Of a stretch of 42,262 bases of DNA, positions 41,420 through 42,262 are shown piece after piece. Within the stretch, counting starts at the first letter, position 1, and each line of letters opens with the position of its first letter. The position numbers and the translations under genes were made by a program. A model generated the notes under the pieces. That model searched no databases. It was not told the origin of the DNA and was given only the letters and a program-made list of their open reading frames with translations. This DNA is from Nanobdellota archaeon. GTDB taxonomy: Archaea > Nanobdellota > Nanobdellia > Pacearchaeales > GW2011-AR1. The DNA is taken from positions 1 through 42,262 of the forward strand of contig JAUSKH010000063.1 of NCBI GenBank assembly GCA_030647095.1. Direction: 5' to 3'.

Positions 41420-42262
41420 TTAAACTATTTCCTTTAGAAATTCCCAAATATATTTTCCTCTCTTTTCTCCTTTAAGCCCGATTATTACTGTTTTACATTT
41501 GTATTCTTGAGAAAAAAACTTTAAACTGCTATTATCTGCATTTTGGAAGTTATATTTCACTTCTATCGCATATAGCTCTTTATTTTTTATTATAAAATCA
41601 ACTTCTTGTTTGTTCGTAGTTCTCCAAAAGTTTATCTTTTTGTTTAATTTCATTAACTCCAAAAAAACAAAGGTTTCAAACACATTTCCTAGCACAACCT
41701 TAGGAAACTCTTTTAACCATAGAAGATGCATCATTCCAGTATCTAAAAAGAAAATCTTAGGATTTTTTGAAAGCTCGCTTCTTAAATTCTTATGAAAAGG
41801 AGTTATTCTCTTTATTATGAAAGTATTTTCTAATAAATCAAGATATTCCAAAATCGTCTCTCTGTTAATCTTGAGAGTGTTTGATAATTCTAGAACGTTA
41901 ACAAGCTGACCAGATTGAGAAGCTAAAATTTCAAGAAGTTTATTGAATGAGGCAATGTTTCTTATATTTCCTATATCCCTTATATCTTTTCTTACATAGG
42001 TGCTAATTATCTGTGAAAGATAAGTTTGTTTTTTTTCTTCTGAATTTTCCAGAACAATCTTTGGATAACCACCAAATTTTATATATTCTTCTGCTAATTT
42101 AATTAGCTCAACATTTATCGCATCTGTATTCTCCTTATATAGCTTATAATTTCTTCCCTTAAACATTAAAAATTCCTCAAAGCTTAGTGGATAAACTTCA
42201 AAATTAACCGTTCTCCCTACGAGGCTTTCCTTAAACTTCTTTTTTATCTCGAATGTTGAAGA
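41420..42262 (-). CDS. AAA_14/DUF4143-family ATPase, N-terminus outside the window
   Basis: The frame stays open to the window edge (…ESLVGRTVNFEVYPLSFEEFLMFKG…). YLSQIISTYVRKDI and the C-terminal QEVDFII...AIEVK (PD-(D/E)xK-like DUF4143) are characteristic. Confidence 0.7.
   Translation of the reverse strand, partial: SSTFEIKKKFKESLVGRTVNFEVYPLSFEEFLMFKGRNYKLYKENTDAINVELIKLAEEYIKFGGYPKIVLENSEEKKQTYLSQIISTYVRKDIRDIGNIRNIASFNKLLEILASQSGQLVNVLELSNTLKINRETILEYLDLLENTFIIKRITPFHKNLRSELSKNPKIFFLDTGMMHLLWLKEFPKVVLGNVFETFVFLELMKLNKKINFWRTTNKQEVDFIIKNKELYAIEVKYNFQNADNSSLKFFSQEYKCKTVIIGLKGEKRGKYIWEFLKEIV

Noticed and set aside
1-42262. A search by eye for CRISPR arrays, rRNA genes, additional tRNAs, transposase or integrase genes and origin (ORB-like) repeats.
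   Set aside because: No regularly spaced 25-40-nt direct repeats were found, and no rRNA-like conserved blocks. Only one cloverleaf exists (37142-37719). No ORF has DDE, tyrosine-recombinase or serine-recombinase motifs. No repeated ORB-type boxes lie near mcm.

Overview
This is a strongly AT-rich archaeal chromosome segment. The gene content points to a small-genome, DPANN-like archaeon: ATP-dependent DNA ligase, MCM, an RPA-like OB protein, aRF1, TFE, NAC, aIF2-beta, Sec61-beta, ScpB, archaeal MinD, ValRS, AlaRS and MnmA. Most of the window is tightly packed housekeeping genes, plus a surface-glycosylation cluster (GtrA, GT-C, GT2). I saw no rRNA genes and no CRISPR arrays. The points most worth a second look are: (1) the only tRNA gene, tRNA-Asn(GUU) at 37142-37719, is split inside its anticodon by a ~505-nt group I intron, not an archaeal BHB intron. 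All helices P1-P9 can be read by eye, and the intron carries an HNH homing-endonuclease ORF with no canonical start codon. (2) aRF1 carries a 134-aa mini-intein immediately after the catalytic GGQ motif. (3) An accessory islet at about 11.25-14.13 kb consists of two gene cassettes, each bracketed by imperfect direct repeats. One repeat duplicates the 3' end of the neighbouring gene. The cargo is a nucleotidyltransferase/helical-partner pair behind three palindromic operator-like sites, a PGPGW membrane protein and a SAM methyltransferase. (4) Three plus-strand copies of a structured repeat occur (4110-4230, 11886-12008, 33212-33303). Each follows a plus-strand gene and ends in a T5 tract, and two copies differ by compensatory substitutions in a hairpin. 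(5) MCM, an OB/winged-helix protein and a PD-(D/E)xK-like ORF appear to form one operon. (6) Also present are a HicAB pair, a frameshifted AroK-like kinase gene and an unlisted Sec61-beta ORF. All functional calls come from motif recognition by eye. No database search was run.
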